Below, one piece after another: positions 1 to 10,118 of a stretch of DNA of 44,416 nt. The stretch lies in assembly GCA_964007735.1 (NCBI GenBank), contig CAXGAI010000040.1, positions 1 through 44,416 of the forward strand, in the 5' to 3' direction. Position numbers and translations under genes: made by a program. The notes beneath the pieces were generated by a model, which was not told where the DNA came from, searched no databases, and saw only the letters and a program-made list of their open reading frames with translations. Source of the stretch: an uncultured Rhodopirellula sp. (lineage in GTDB: Bacteria > Planctomycetota > Planctomycetia > Pirellulales > Pirellulaceae). Position 1 is the stretch's first letter, and each line of letters begins with the position of its first letter.

Positions 1-511
1 TGCATTCGATCGCGGCCTGAGGGGTGGCCTCGTTGAGTTGATGGTAGGCCGCGGCCTGTGTGCGGTGGAATATTACGAATGGACGGTATTGTTCGTGCAC
101 AATGGTCCAGCCATCATCTGGAGAATGCCGCTTGCAAAAATCCATTAATGCCAGCGTGTGGTCAGCATCTTGCATGACGTGGTCGTATTCTTTGATCGAA
201 AGCCAACTTATGCGACGCTGGTAGAATTGCATGAATTCCCGGTCAACTTCAATGCACTGTTCGTCATTCAGATTCCAGTCGTCTCCACGGGCAATTTCTT
301 CCTGCAACAGATAGTCCAGATAAGTCGCAAAGCCTTCAGGGCGATAACCGTCAGGACGCCCTTCGGTCTCCATTTGAATGACTCCCATTTCAATACGCAT
401 TTGCAAAACATCGGTGTTTCCATTCTGCCCGGCCACAAGGCGGGCTCGAATAGATTGGGAATCATAGTCCCAGTTTTCCAGAATGTCAGAGATGTTGCGG
501 GAGTCGGTCAT
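1..511 (-). CDS. Conserved planctomycete protein, probably UvrB/UvrC-motif-containing family (3' end runs off the window)
   Basis: Manual translation from ATG at 511 (MTDSRNISDILENWDYD...LQMRIEMGVIQMETEGRPDG...DREFMQFYQRRISW...HEQYRPFVIFHRTQA) is open to the edge. Absent from the ORF track because it has no stop in the window. Confidence 0.7.
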   Translation of the reverse strand, partial: MTDSRNISDILENWDYDSQSIRARLVAGQNGNTDVLQMRIEMGVIQMETEGRPDGYRPEGFATYLDYLLQEEIARGDDWNLNDEQCIEVDREFMQFYQRRISWLSIKEYDHVMQDADHTLALMDFCKRHSPDDGWTIVHEQYRPFVIFHRTQAAAYHQLNEATPQAAIEC

Positions 512-611
512 GGAATAAGTGTTGTTTAGAGGTTTAAGAGGGTGTTCATTATCAACCATTTCTGCGATTTTGTGTACCACCGAATCGCAGAACAATTCGA
601 ACCTCTTGTGA

Positions 612-1031
612 TTAATGTTCGTACCGAGCCTGACGTTCTGCTTTTACTTCGCTACGTCGTTTTTTATGATCTAAGCGGCGTTGCTTTGAAGCTTTGGTGG
701 GCTTCGTTCGTTTTCGAAGTTTTCGAGTTTTTTGAGCATCCTGAATGATCAGCCGTAGTTTTTGGTAGCAATCAGTGCGGTTTTGATATTGTTCCCGCGA
801 CTTTTGGCTGGTGATGACCAACTTACCTTCTTTGTTTATTTTACCAGCATGTTTACTGCCTATACGTTGCCGCAGACGGGCAGAAACACTTTTGGCATTT
901 TTGATATCCCAGTGGAGTGTAACTTTGGAGTTGACCTTGTTGACGTTTTGGCCGCCCGGTCCCTGACTACGTGAAAAAGTAAGTTCTATTTCATGATTGG
1001 GAATCGTTATTGAGTTGCTTATGGTGATCAT
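612..1031 (-). CDS. arfB: Alternative ribosome rescue peptidyl-tRNA hydrolase ArfB (YaeJ)
   Basis: SQGPGGQNVNKVNSKV GGQ motif and basic C-terminal tail RKRTKPTKASKQRRLDHKKRRSEVK; 139 aa. Confidence 0.95.
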   Translation of the reverse strand: MITISNSITIPNHEIELTFSRSQGPGGQNVNKVNSKVTLHWDIKNAKSVSARLRQRIGSKHAGKINKEGKLVITSQKSREQYQNRTDCYQKLRLIIQDAQKTRKLRKRTKPTKASKQRRLDHKKRRSEVKAERQARYEH

Positions 1032-1175
1032 TTTATGGCGTTCTGACGAATTCCTCGGTTGATTACATCAGCTTGATTGGTAAGTCGACGGTCAAAAGTT
1101 ACAATGAGGAAAATGAGTTTAAGGTCATTATAAAGAAAGACCCATCTAGATTTTGGTGTGTCTGAAGGATGTTCG

Positions 1176-2654
1176 ATGAATATTAAGATTCTTGTGGTTG
1201 GATTGCTTGCGGGTGGATTGTTAGTTGCAAGCTTGGGAACCGGTTTCATGGTCTTTGAAAGTCCAGAGCAAGTTCTGGCCCCGCCCTCGGTAGAGGTTAC
1301 TCAAGTTGTTGCTTCTGTGGACGCAGACGGCGAGTTGAAAGATTTGGGGACAAGAAAGTCTGGCAGTGATTGGAATGTATTTTTAGGTCCTCAAGGGGAC
1401 AGCAAATCTGGAGAAACCGGAATCATCACGGATTGGGGGGAGAACGGGCTGAAGTTATTTTGGGAACGAGAACTTGGTAGTAGTTACGGTATTGGGACGG
1501 TGGCCAAGGGGCGTTATTATCAGTTTGATCGGGTGGATAACAAAGCATTTGTTGTTTGCTTAAATGCCGAGACGGGGGAAGAACTTTGGAAATTTCAATA
1601 CACGTCCGGATATCAGGACCTGTATGGCTATGATCCCGGGCCAAGGTGTTCTCCGTTAGTCGATGGCAATCGTATCTTTATTTACGGCACGGAAGGGATG
1701 GTTTACTGTCTGAATGCCACCACGGGAAAGGAGGAATGGTCGGTCGACACAATTAAGAAATTTGGGGTGATCCAGAACTTTTTTGGCGTTGGCAGCAATC
1801 CAGTCATAGCAGGTGATTTGTTGATTTGTATGGTGGGCGGTAGTCCAGACAAAGATAAGCAGATCCCGCCAGGGCAATTGGATCTGGTTTCTCCAAACGG
1901 CACGGGAGTTGTTGCATTTGATAAGTCGACAGGCAAAGTTAAATATCAAGTGATTGACGACTTGGCAAGTTATTCCAGTTTGAAACTGGCTACTATCGGT
2001 GATCGACGATGGTGCTTTGCCTTTGCGCGTGGTGGTTTGATCGGTTTTAACCCAGTAAACGGTGCTGTTGATTTTGAATATCCGTGGCGTGCGCATACTC
2101 TCGAGAGCGTCAATGCTGCCATGCCCGTTGTTGTGGGTGCTGAAGTCTTTATTTCAGAGACATATGGGCCGGGTAGCACGTTGCTCAAAGTCGACAAGGG
2201 CACTAAAAGTATCGTGTGGAAAGACGAAGAGTTTTCGCGTGAGAAGGCTATGCAGGCACATTGGAATACGCCGGTTTATGTAGATGGCTACGTGTACGGC
2301 TGTAGTGGACGCCATACTCAAAATGCAGATTTGCGATGTGTGCAATGGAAGACTGGAAAAGTAATGTGGAGTATTCCGCGAACAACAAGATGTTCTCTTA
2401 CCTATATCGACGGACACTTTCTGTGTCAGGGCGAGTACGGGCACTTGTTTCTCTTTAAGGCCAATCCAAAGAAGTTTGAGCCGATGACAGGTGATATTAA
2501 AAAAGGTGGCCGTGAAGGTGAATATGAGTTGCCATTCGACACAACCTATGACCTTAGCTATCCGGCCTGGGCCGCCCCAGTAGTCTCTCACGGACTCCTG
2601 TATGTACGCGGCTCCGATAAAGTCATTTGTTTGGAACTGATCAATAATAAGTAG
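1176..2654 (+). CDS. PQQ-like (BamB-like) beta-propeller exported protein
   Basis: N-terminal hydrophobic segment, DWNVFLGP, repeated 'CLNAETGEELW/CLNATTGKEEW' blades, C-terminal 'WAAPVVSHGLLYVR'. ATG 1176 preferred over GTG 1158. Confidence 0.85.
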   Translation: MNIKILVVGLLAGGLLVASLGTGFMVFESPEQVLAPPSVEVTQVVASVDADGELKDLGTRKSGSDWNVFLGPQGDSKSGETGIITDWGENGLKLFWERELGSSYGIGTVAKGRYYQFDRVDNKAFVVCLNAETGEELWKFQYTSGYQDLYGYDPGPRCSPLVDGNRIFIYGTEGMVYCLNATTGKEEWSVDTIKKFGVIQNFFGVGSNPVIAGDLLICMVGGSPDKDKQIPPGQLDLVSPNGTGVVAFDKSTGKVKYQVIDDLASYSSLKLATIGDRRWCFAFARGGLIGFNPVNGAVDFEYPWRAHTLESVNAAMPVVVGAEVFISETYGPGSTLLKVDKGTKSIVWKDEEFSREKAMQAHWNTPVYVDGYVYGCSGRHTQNADLRCVQWKTGKVMWSIPRTTRCSLTYIDGHFLCQGEYGHLFLFKANPKKFEPMTGDIKKGGREGEYELPFDTTYDLSYPAWAAPVVSHGLLYVRGSDKVICLELINNK

Positions 2655-2699
2655 CTTTAAGGCTTGCTTTTTGGCCTGTATTCGGGGCATTAGCTATTT

Positions 2700-4658
2700 T
2701 TACGGTAAATCCGCCTGAAGGATCCTACGAATTTCCAGGATTGTTGGCGTCACATCTGTAATCGAGAGGTGGTCAGCATCTACTACCATTTGCGTGTGAG
2801 CATCAACAGATTTTGCACTGCTGGTGGTGACGACACCGTCAGACGCGGATGCCAGATTTTTGATGAGCGTAGATGATTGGGTATCACCATAGATATTGTG
2901 ATAATTCACATGAGGATTTCTGCGTGCCGATTGAAGAAAGCCAAAAATATTCCCTTCAGGTTTTAGTGATTCCAAACTGGTTTGAGTTGTCAGTAAACGT
3001 GTGTTGTAAAACAAACCGGGGTTCTCCCTGACCAGTTGGCGTGCGATGGCATCTGTCGGTTCAGGAAGTTGGAAGAGTGTTTCACCGATCCATTTTGTAT
3101 AGTCATTGGCCATCCTGCTCCCTTGGAAGGGAGTGGCAATCGTAATGACCTTTTTGATCGATGGGATTGGTTGGAAGAAGACCGTACTCGCCAGATTTTG
3201 TCGGATATGTTGAGGAGCTTTTAGGTGCTCGAATGGTTTGTTGGATATGAGCCTCCACATTTGATTTTGACTGTCGAGTGTTTGCATTAGCGACAGTAAG
3301 CCGCCCATACTATGGCCGACGAGCACTGTTTGGTGCAGTTTTGGGTACTGTTGTTTAGAGTCGAGATTGCGATAAAGACTTTGTAGTGTTGTGCGGAACT
3401 TTGTAGCTGATATCCAAAAAGGCTGGCTGGTCGGATATTGGTAAAACCAGAATTGATAGTTCTGCCGGATTTCCGGAAAACTGCGTAGGTCATTGACCAT
3501 ATTCATCCAGATCATAGGCGAGGACCAAAAACCGTGAACCATGATGATCGGTGTTTTGTGCGGATTGTAAGGTTCCATCATAAACAGCCCAGTTCCGGCT
3601 TCCGTGGGATTCAGAAGTGAGGTGGTTGCCGCTTCCCGAGGCCGCCTGAGAGCTGGTTGGTCTAGCAGAAATGCCAGAGGAATTGACGTGTCGGTTTGCA
3701 ACGGGATCTTCAGTCGGTTGACAACGATTGCGGAATGATCAACCGTATTATGGAATTCAAGAAGGCATTGCCTGACTGGTTTGTTCGTGTTTGAGTCTTC
3801 GTTGTTGGTGACTTTCATAAAGGCGGTTAGTGGAAGGCTCATGCCCGGAGGATGGTATTGCTCAGTTGCCGGAGTGGCGGCCTTACCGTTACGAATCCCG
3901 ATCATCGGGACTCCTAGGCCGAATGTCTGGTGATGACGAAGCAATTTTTGAATCCTGAAATCCGAGACAAATCGTAGGTCAGCTATTTCCGCTTCCGGGC
4001 CGAGGTTCGGGAGGCGGACTTCGACGTTGACTTGTTGTTCACCAAGTTGGAGCCCATATGTCGCGCCGGACTTTAGTTGACCGTCACTTGCAATTATCCT
4101 CATCACCTGCTCAAGCGACTGATTGTACATTTTGCAGATTTCATGAAACTGCGGATCGTAGGGATTTCGCAGGTAATCAAATTGTGATGTGAACAGATAG
4201 TCATAGGCGTACACGAGTACCAAAGTGAATCTTTCCAGCGCGGCGTGGTGTTTATCCTCGTTAAGCAGTGTTTTGGAGTCTAGAAATGCTAGTTCGGTCA
4301 ATGCATAGAGTTTCTCGGGTGTCGGATCATGTTGGATCGACGCTTGCAATCGTTCCAGAGTTTCACTACGGCTATAGTTTCTGCTCCAGTTGCTATCGTC
4401 ATGGGAAACTAGATTGAAACGCTGAAGCGTTTTGAGCGAACGCTGTGAAAGTGTTGGTCCAATCCAAGTCTCTGGTTGAAACGGACGTTTGATTGGTGCA
4501 AAGACATCTGATTTGGCTACGAGGTAATCACGATCCGAACAACCCATAGAGCAGGCCGTCAAAATCGAACCGATAACCAGTGTATGTGAAAGCCATTTAT
4601 CGTGTAGGCTTAGGACTGGTCGGATCATTAAAAGAGCCATCACGCAGAAAGGCAACAT
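2700..4658 (-). CDS. Alpha/beta hydrolase (esterase/lipase) with long N-terminal domain
   Basis: MVHGFWSS oxyanion region, GHSMGG nucleophile elbow, IATPFQGS, SDGVV and a C-terminal His. The true start may be downstream. Confidence 0.85.
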   Translation of the reverse strand: MLPFCVMALLMIRPVLSLHDKWLSHTLVIGSILTACSMGCSDRDYLVAKSDVFAPIKRPFQPETWIGPTLSQRSLKTLQRFNLVSHDDSNWSRNYSRSETLERLQASIQHDPTPEKLYALTELAFLDSKTLLNEDKHHAALERFTLVLVYAYDYLFTSQFDYLRNPYDPQFHEICKMYNQSLEQVMRIIASDGQLKSGATYGLQLGEQQVNVEVRLPNLGPEAEIADLRFVSDFRIQKLLRHHQTFGLGVPMIGIRNGKAATPATEQYHPPGMSLPLTAFMKVTNNEDSNTNKPVRQCLLEFHNTVDHSAIVVNRLKIPLQTDTSIPLAFLLDQPALRRPREAATTSLLNPTEAGTGLFMMEPYNPHKTPIIMVHGFWSSPMIWMNMVNDLRSFPEIRQNYQFWFYQYPTSQPFWISATKFRTTLQSLYRNLDSKQQYPKLHQTVLVGHSMGGLLSLMQTLDSQNQMWRLISNKPFEHLKAPQHIRQNLASTVFFQPIPSIKKVITIATPFQGSRMANDYTKWIGETLFQLPEPTDAIARQLVRENPGLFYNTRLLTTQTSLESLKPEGNIFGFLQSARRNPHVNYHNIYGDTQSSTLIKNLASASDGVVTTSSAKSVDAHTQMVVDADHLSITDVTPTILEIRRILQADLP

Positions 4659-4786
4659 GAACTACAATAAAGACTTTGAAGAGTACCACTCGGCTCATTT
4701 TCGCGTCAATACAGACCGGTAAATAAAGCGATGGTTGATGTGCTCAGATCTTACCTGTAAACGCTAATTACCTACTGACTATTCCG

Positions 4787-5872
4787 ATGTCCGACCGATT
4801 TTCCCATCTCTGGCCTCCGCAGAACGAGCGTATTCTTGCGGCCTTAAAAGCCGTTTATTGTGATGGTGACTGGGGACGATACCATGGTGCTCAAACCACG
4901 ATGCTGGAAGGAAAGTTATTAGAGTATTTCGGCTGTTCCTATGTGCATCTATTGTGTTCCGGGACGATTGGTGTTGAGCTGGCACTACGCGGGCTGGGGG
5001 TTCAGTCTGGTGATGAAGTTGTTCTGGCAGCTTACGACTTCCCGGGTAATTTTCGATGTATTGAAGCCATCGGAGCGCGGCCGGTGTTGGCTGACATTGT
5101 TAGTGCTAGCTGGAGTTTGTGTCCGGAAAGTTTCGAAGCTGCAATATCGTCGGCAACGAAGGCCGTTATTGTGAGTAGCTTGCATGGCGGGTTAGCCAAT
5201 ATCGATAGGATCTCAGCTATCGCTAAACATCACGGTATCTTGGTCATTGAAGATATTTGCCAAGTCCCCGGGGCCACGGTGAATGGCCGTCGGGTTGGAA
5301 CCTATGGAGATGCGGCTGTGCTTAGCTTTGGCGGCAGCAAGTTGCTTTCTGCAGGTCGGGGAGGCGCCGTGTTAACTAATAACGAATCAGTATGGCAGCG
5401 AATTAATGTATTCAAAGATCGCGGTAATGATACGTTTGCATTGAGTCAATTACAGGCTGCTGTGTTGAATCCCCAACTTGACAGCCTCGATGATGATAAT
5501 ACCTTGCGAACCCATAACGCACTTAAACTCATTGATCGCACAGCGTTGGTCGATGGTGTTGATGGGTTGTCCTATGCTGAAGGTGAAGTGCCGGTGTTTT
5601 ACAAAGTGGCATGGCTTTTAAAGTCCTGTCATCAGCGTGCAACGTTGTTAGCCGAAGCTCGGCAGTTAGGCTTGCCATTGTTTGAAGGTTTTATGGGGTT
5701 TGTAAAACGAAGTGAACGTCGTTGTGGAAAGCCCGTTTCACTCAGGAATAGCGAGTGTGCCTCAGACAGGACTATTTTGCTTCACCATCCTATATTGTTA
5801 GCCGAGAATTCTGTGCTTGAGGAAGTGAGTGGGCAACTTGTGCAGTTGTTTGCTCAAATGGGGAAGGACTGA
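4787..5872 (+). CDS. DegT/DnrJ/EryC1/StrS-family PLP aminotransferase
   Basis: SGTIGVELAL, GDEVV, IEDICQVPG and SFGGSKLLSAGRGGAV (PLP lysine). Confidence 0.85.
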   Translation: MSDRFSHLWPPQNERILAALKAVYCDGDWGRYHGAQTTMLEGKLLEYFGCSYVHLLCSGTIGVELALRGLGVQSGDEVVLAAYDFPGNFRCIEAIGARPVLADIVSASWSLCPESFEAAISSATKAVIVSSLHGGLANIDRISAIAKHHGILVIEDICQVPGATVNGRRVGTYGDAAVLSFGGSKLLSAGRGGAVLTNNESVWQRINVFKDRGNDTFALSQLQAAVLNPQLDSLDDDNTLRTHNALKLIDRTALVDGVDGLSYAEGEVPVFYKVAWLLKSCHQRATLLAEARQLGLPLFEGFMGFVKRSERRCGKPVSLRNSECASDRTILLHHPILLAENSVLEEVSGQLVQLFAQMGKD

Positions 5873-6561
5873 TGTTGTTTTTACTTACTAATGATGATGG
5901 TATTGATGCCCCGGGGCTCAAGGCGCTGGAGGCATTTGCGCAACAGATGGGGGACGTTATTGTCGTAGCGCCTAATGGCCCTCGGTCTGGTTTTAGTCAC
6001 CGCGCGACGATGTACGAGTCGATGGAACTCGAGCAATTGGATAATGAGCATTACGCCTGTAGCGGCACACCGGTGGATTGCGTTCGAGTTGGTTTGAGTC
6101 ATTTAGGGCTGAAGCCCGACTGGGTGCTTTCGGGGATTAACGCAGGGGCTAATTTGGGGGTGGATCTGTACATGTCCGGTACTGCGGGGGCGGCTCGAGA
6201 GGCAGCTATTCTGGGGGTGCCGGCATTCGCATTCTCTCACTATCACCGCGCGGATTCAATGATTGACTGGCTCGCGGCCACGAATGCCTGTAGTATGCTG
6301 TTTGAGCAGTATCATTCCCGAGAACTTTTTGATGGTCAGTTTTGGAATGTTAATTTACCGGACTCGGAATTTCTTGCGAAGGCGGAGGTGGAGACGGTTG
6401 AGGTTGCTCCCGACCCAAGCCCGTTAACTCTCGAGTATTTAGAGAATGAGGGGGCTCTGCAATATAAAAGCCATTATCACGATCGACCTAGAGTTAAACA
6501 GTCAGATGTGCACCGCTGCTTGGAAGGTGCTATTACGGTAAGCCGGGTATCCCTTTTTTGA
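5872..6561 (+). CDS. surE: 5'/3'-nucleotidase SurE
   Basis: LLTNDDGIDAPG, GTPVDCV and SGINAGANLG...SGT motifs; TGATG overlap with the upstream gene. Confidence 0.93.
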   Translation: MLFLLTNDDGIDAPGLKALEAFAQQMGDVIVVAPNGPRSGFSHRATMYESMELEQLDNEHYACSGTPVDCVRVGLSHLGLKPDWVLSGINAGANLGVDLYMSGTAGAAREAAILGVPAFAFSHYHRADSMIDWLAATNACSMLFEQYHSRELFDGQFWNVNLPDSEFLAKAEVETVEVAPDPSPLTLEYLENEGALQYKSHYHDRPRVKQSDVHRCLEGAITVSRVSLF

Positions 6562-6596
6562 ACAATATGAAGATTAGTTAGAGTTAAAAGAAAACG

Positions 6597-7418
6597 ATGA
6601 AAAAGATTGAACAGACGCGACATCTAATTTCCTTTTTAATGCTGGTGGTTGTGTGCATGATTGGTGGTACGTCACATGCACAGAACGAGGATGCAAAGAA
6701 GATGGACGAACAGTTGCAGATGAAGGTTCAGGAGCTTTACCAGCAGTTCGAATCTCAAAATCGGGACCGGGAATTCCAGAAAGCAGCCGAAACGCTCAGT
6801 AAAGCTCTGCAGCTCAAAGATGTTCCGACGTTTCACTATTTGCGTGGTCGCGTACAGTTTTGTCTCGGACAATTCGAAGCTTCTGTCAAAAGCTTTGATG
6901 CCTACGTGAAAGCGGCCCCCAACGCTGAGTCGCGACAGTGGGAACGAGGTATCAGTATGTATTACGCCCGGCAGTATAAACGAGGTGCACAACAATTCGA
7001 GTTGTATCAAACATTTCATGATCAGGACGTGGAGAATTCTGTTTGGCGATTCCTATGTATGGTGCCCGAAACCGGTGTGAAAAAAGCGCGTGCCGTTATG
7101 TTGCCAATCGAAAATGACCGTCGGATTCCTATGATGAAAGTATTCGAAATGTATCGTGGTACAGCAACGCCTCAGGATGTCCTCAATGCTGCCCGGCGTG
7201 GAGACCCTGATGCCAGTACGTTGAAGGGCCGATTATTTTACGCTCATCTTTATTTAGGTTTGTATTACGAAGTTTTGGAAAAAGATGCATTGGCTCGAAA
7301 GTATATTAAACTTGCCGCAGACAAATCACTGACTGGACATCCCGGCATTAATACCTATATGTGGGACGTGGCACGCGTTCACTGGGAGCGTTTGCAGGTA
7401 ATGCCCAAAAGGAAATAG
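6597..7418 (+). CDS. Exported TPR protein (NlpI-like)
   Basis: Signal peptide (SHA-Q), TPR helices, WERGISMYY, DVENSVWRFLC, FYAHLYLGLYYE. Confidence 0.75.
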   Translation: MKKIEQTRHLISFLMLVVVCMIGGTSHAQNEDAKKMDEQLQMKVQELYQQFESQNRDREFQKAAETLSKALQLKDVPTFHYLRGRVQFCLGQFEASVKSFDAYVKAAPNAESRQWERGISMYYARQYKRGAQQFELYQTFHDQDVENSVWRFLCMVPETGVKKARAVMLPIENDRRIPMMKVFEMYRGTATPQDVLNAARRGDPDASTLKGRLFYAHLYLGLYYEVLEKDALARKYIKLAADKSLTGHPGINTYMWDVARVHWERLQVMPKRK

Positions 7419-7428
7419 TTGTGGAATT

Positions 7429-7872
7429 CTATAGGGTGACTTCGTGGTATTCCAACGCCCATTCTTTCATGTAACGCACCTGGTTGGGCTCAATGCGATA
7501 GATGATTAACATCGGGTTGTCGGGATGTTCAAGGTAATGCTGAAGTAGTGGATTCGCGTTCCAGATCTCCTGGATGACTTCGGATCTTTCTTCCGTTTTC
7601 GCAACCCCTGTGATGCGAACCTGATCATGGTTTTGATTGACATAACATAATTCCACATTGGGGTTAGCTGCAATTTCCCGTGTCTTGTGATAACTCCTGA
7701 GATTGGCTACCCAAACGGTAAATCCTTCGGTTTTTACAGGAGATACGGGGCGCACCCGCGGAGTCTTTTCATCGATTGAGGCCAGCACAGGAAATCGGTC
7801 GCTTGTTATGACATCGGCAGCCAGATCGGGAACCTCTTCTGGACTAATAGGCTCTGGTGTTGGCTGATTCAC
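7429..7872 (-). CDS. Pyridoxamine 5'-phosphate oxidase-like FMN-binding split-barrel protein
   Basis: LASIDEKTPRVRPV, SYHKTREIAANPNVELCY, QVRITGVA. Confidence 0.85.
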   Translation of the reverse strand: MNQPTPEPISPEEVPDLAADVITSDRFPVLASIDEKTPRVRPVSPVKTEGFTVWVANLRSYHKTREIAANPNVELCYVNQNHDQVRITGVAKTEERSEVIQEIWNANPLLQHYLEHPDNPMLIIYRIEPNQVRYMKEWALEYHEVTL

Positions 7873-9128
7873 TATTTGTTACCAATGCAATACAGGTATT
7901 TGTCGGAACGGAGAAGCAGATGGCCGTCAAAAGCTGCCGGAGAAGCTCGGAACGTTTCTTCTAATGTTGCCTCCACCGAATTTTTGGAAATGCTTTGGTA
8001 TGAAGCTCCCGGCTTAAAGACGTGCGTTACCCCATCTTCAGTTACCGTGTACACGATGCCATTGATTGCAATCGGTGACGAGGAAAATGCACCTTCGACT
8101 CGTTGTTGCCATAATTGCTCACCCGTTTTGTTGTTGTAACAGGAGATGATTCCCGGACGTAGGCGTGTGACAATCAGGTACTCCCCAACGACCAACGGGC
8201 TGGGAAGGTCACGGCCGCCTGTACGTGGTACTCGCCAGGCCTCCTGTTTCCCAGAGACATCGCCGGACCCTCCCGGGCGAATCGCGACCATGGTCCCTGA
8301 ACGACCTGGAACCGAAATAACCGTATCTTTGGTGAGAGCCAGTGTGGGAGTGCCCCGCCCTACACTGGCGATACACTCCCAGTAAACGTTGCCCGTGGCG
8401 ATATTGTAGGAAACCACCTTAGAGTGGCCGTTTAGAATCAATTCTTTTCGGTCACTTGTTTGAAACACAATCGGAGTACTCCAGCCTCGGATCGTTTCTC
8501 GAGACGTTTGCCAGACGGTTTTACCGGTTTTAAGATTAAACGCGATCAGAGATGATTCATTGTCAGCGTCGCAGTTTTGTATGACGAGATTGTCGACAAT
8601 TAAGGGAGACGCCCCGGTTCCCCATGGACCTTCAAAAACGCCAAGGTCCCGTGACCAAAGAACCTCGCCCGTTCTAGTGTCGAGACTATGAAGGCCTCCT
8701 TTGCCAAAGAATGCGACAACATGTCTGCCGTCTGTTGCACAGGTGCTGGACGCCCGATTATTCATTGCGTGTGTTTCTTCAGGGTCTCCTGTCCATACCG
8801 ATGTTTGCCAGACGATCTCTCCAGAGGTTCGATTGATCGCGATGACGATTCTACTAGCACCTTTGTCGATGGCAGAAGTGACATACACCATGTTTTCCCA
8901 AAAGACAGGAGAGGACTGGCCTGCTCCGGGAAGTTCGGTCTTCCAGATTATATTGTCAGTGGAGAAATGTTTCGGGACGTTTGCTGCATTGGACAGCCCA
9001 TTACCTCCACTTCCCCGCCATTGAGTCCAATTAGTTTCGGAATGAGCTTCGCAGCAGAATATAAGGATTACAAGTATCGAGATGAATAATGATTTCATGT
9101 TCGCCCTTTCTGTCATTTGGTTGGTCAT
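7872..9128 (-). CDS. PQQ-like beta-propeller exported protein
   Basis: NWTQWRG, WKTELPGAGQSSPV, repeated TGxxxW blades, ASPAAFDGHLLLRSDKYLYCIG. Start may be ATG 9098. Confidence 0.85.
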   Translation of the reverse strand: MTNQMTERANMKSLFISILVILIFCCEAHSETNWTQWRGSGGNGLSNAANVPKHFSTDNIIWKTELPGAGQSSPVFWENMVYVTSAIDKGASRIVIAINRTSGEIVWQTSVWTGDPEETHAMNNRASSTCATDGRHVVAFFGKGGLHSLDTRTGEVLWSRDLGVFEGPWGTGASPLIVDNLVIQNCDADNESSLIAFNLKTGKTVWQTSRETIRGWSTPIVFQTSDRKELILNGHSKVVSYNIATGNVYWECIASVGRGTPTLALTKDTVISVPGRSGTMVAIRPGGSGDVSGKQEAWRVPRTGGRDLPSPLVVGEYLIVTRLRPGIISCYNNKTGEQLWQQRVEGAFSSSPIAINGIVYTVTEDGVTHVFKPGASYQSISKNSVEATLEETFRASPAAFDGHLLLRSDKYLYCIGNK

Positions 9129-9148
9129 TTTTCGCGTAGAGCTTTCGG

Positions 9149-9967
9149 CTACATCGGTTTAATGCGGATGTTTTTCCACCGGCATTTCGCGCCGTTTGGC
9201 CAGCCTGTGCCACCGTGTACCTGGACAGCTACGCTACCTGCTGAACCCAGCATGCCATGGATCTTTTCCTTGTCATAGTTGCTTGCATTACAGGTTTCGC
9301 CATTAAATTCAGCAACCTTCAAGCCGTTGATAAAAGTGTTGATCTGCGGATATTTACCGGATACTTCAACACGAGCCGTGTTCCAGCCAGTGAGTTTCCA
9401 GGCTTTGATCCACGCTTCCGGAGTGCACGTATGGTCCAGACCGCAATCTTTAGCTTCTTTGTGTTTATCAGTGGTGATACCGATCAGGTTTTTATCGTTG
9501 TCGTATTTTCCATTGATGTCAAAGGCTCGTGTGTTGAAACCAGTTGTGCCTTCGCCATAAATGTGACCTACATTTCCAGCGTCATGGTAATCCACCATCA
9601 TCTGAAAGCACTGCCCCCGGTCGTTACCGCGAATGAATAGACCTGAACATACACCCCAGTCCGGTTTCATATCAATTTCCAGAACGAAGTTTTCAAACTT
9701 GCGGTCTGTTAGCAAAATCCCGCCATTGCCGGATCCTGGAGGATCTTGTTGGCCGGCAATCACGCCATCTTCGACTTCCCACTGTCCCCCAGTGCCATGT
9801 CCTATTTTCTCAGGGTTAATGTGCCAGCCCTCAAGTGTTTTGCCATCAAACAGTTCTATCCATCCTTTGCGTTTAGGAGCGGCATAAGCAAGAGAGTGGA
9901 AACAACTGGCAGCCAGTCCGGCCGCAATGCCTGATTTCACGAAGGTTCTGCGAGTAGAGGTGTTCAT
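9149..9967 (-). CDS. DUF1080 (3-keto-glycoside-acting family) protein with Tat signal
   Basis: TRRTFVK twin-arginine signal, WIELFDGKTLEGW, WNTARVEV, VAVQVHG, WKNIRIK. Confidence 0.88.
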   Translation of the reverse strand: MNTSTRRTFVKSGIAAGLAASCFHSLAYAAPKRKGWIELFDGKTLEGWHINPEKIGHGTGGQWEVEDGVIAGQQDPPGSGNGGILLTDRKFENFVLEIDMKPDWGVCSGLFIRGNDRGQCFQMMVDYHDAGNVGHIYGEGTTGFNTRAFDINGKYDNDKNLIGITTDKHKEAKDCGLDHTCTPEAWIKAWKLTGWNTARVEVSGKYPQINTFINGLKVAEFNGETCNASNYDKEKIHGMLGSAGSVAVQVHGGTGWPNGAKCRWKNIRIKPM

Positions 9968-10118
9968 GGAGGAAGTCCTTGGATTGATGGGACGATTACG
10001 ATTGATTCGAATTCATCATAAAAGTTGTAGGGAGCAATTACAAACGACTCCACGGAGAGACTGCTATACTGTGAAGTTGAAATATTAAATTGACTGAAAA
10101 CTCGAGAGTTACAAGAAG

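Noticed and set aside
158..529. 123-aa plus-strand ORF
   Set aside because: Antisense shadow of the protein-like minus-strand CDS at 1-511.
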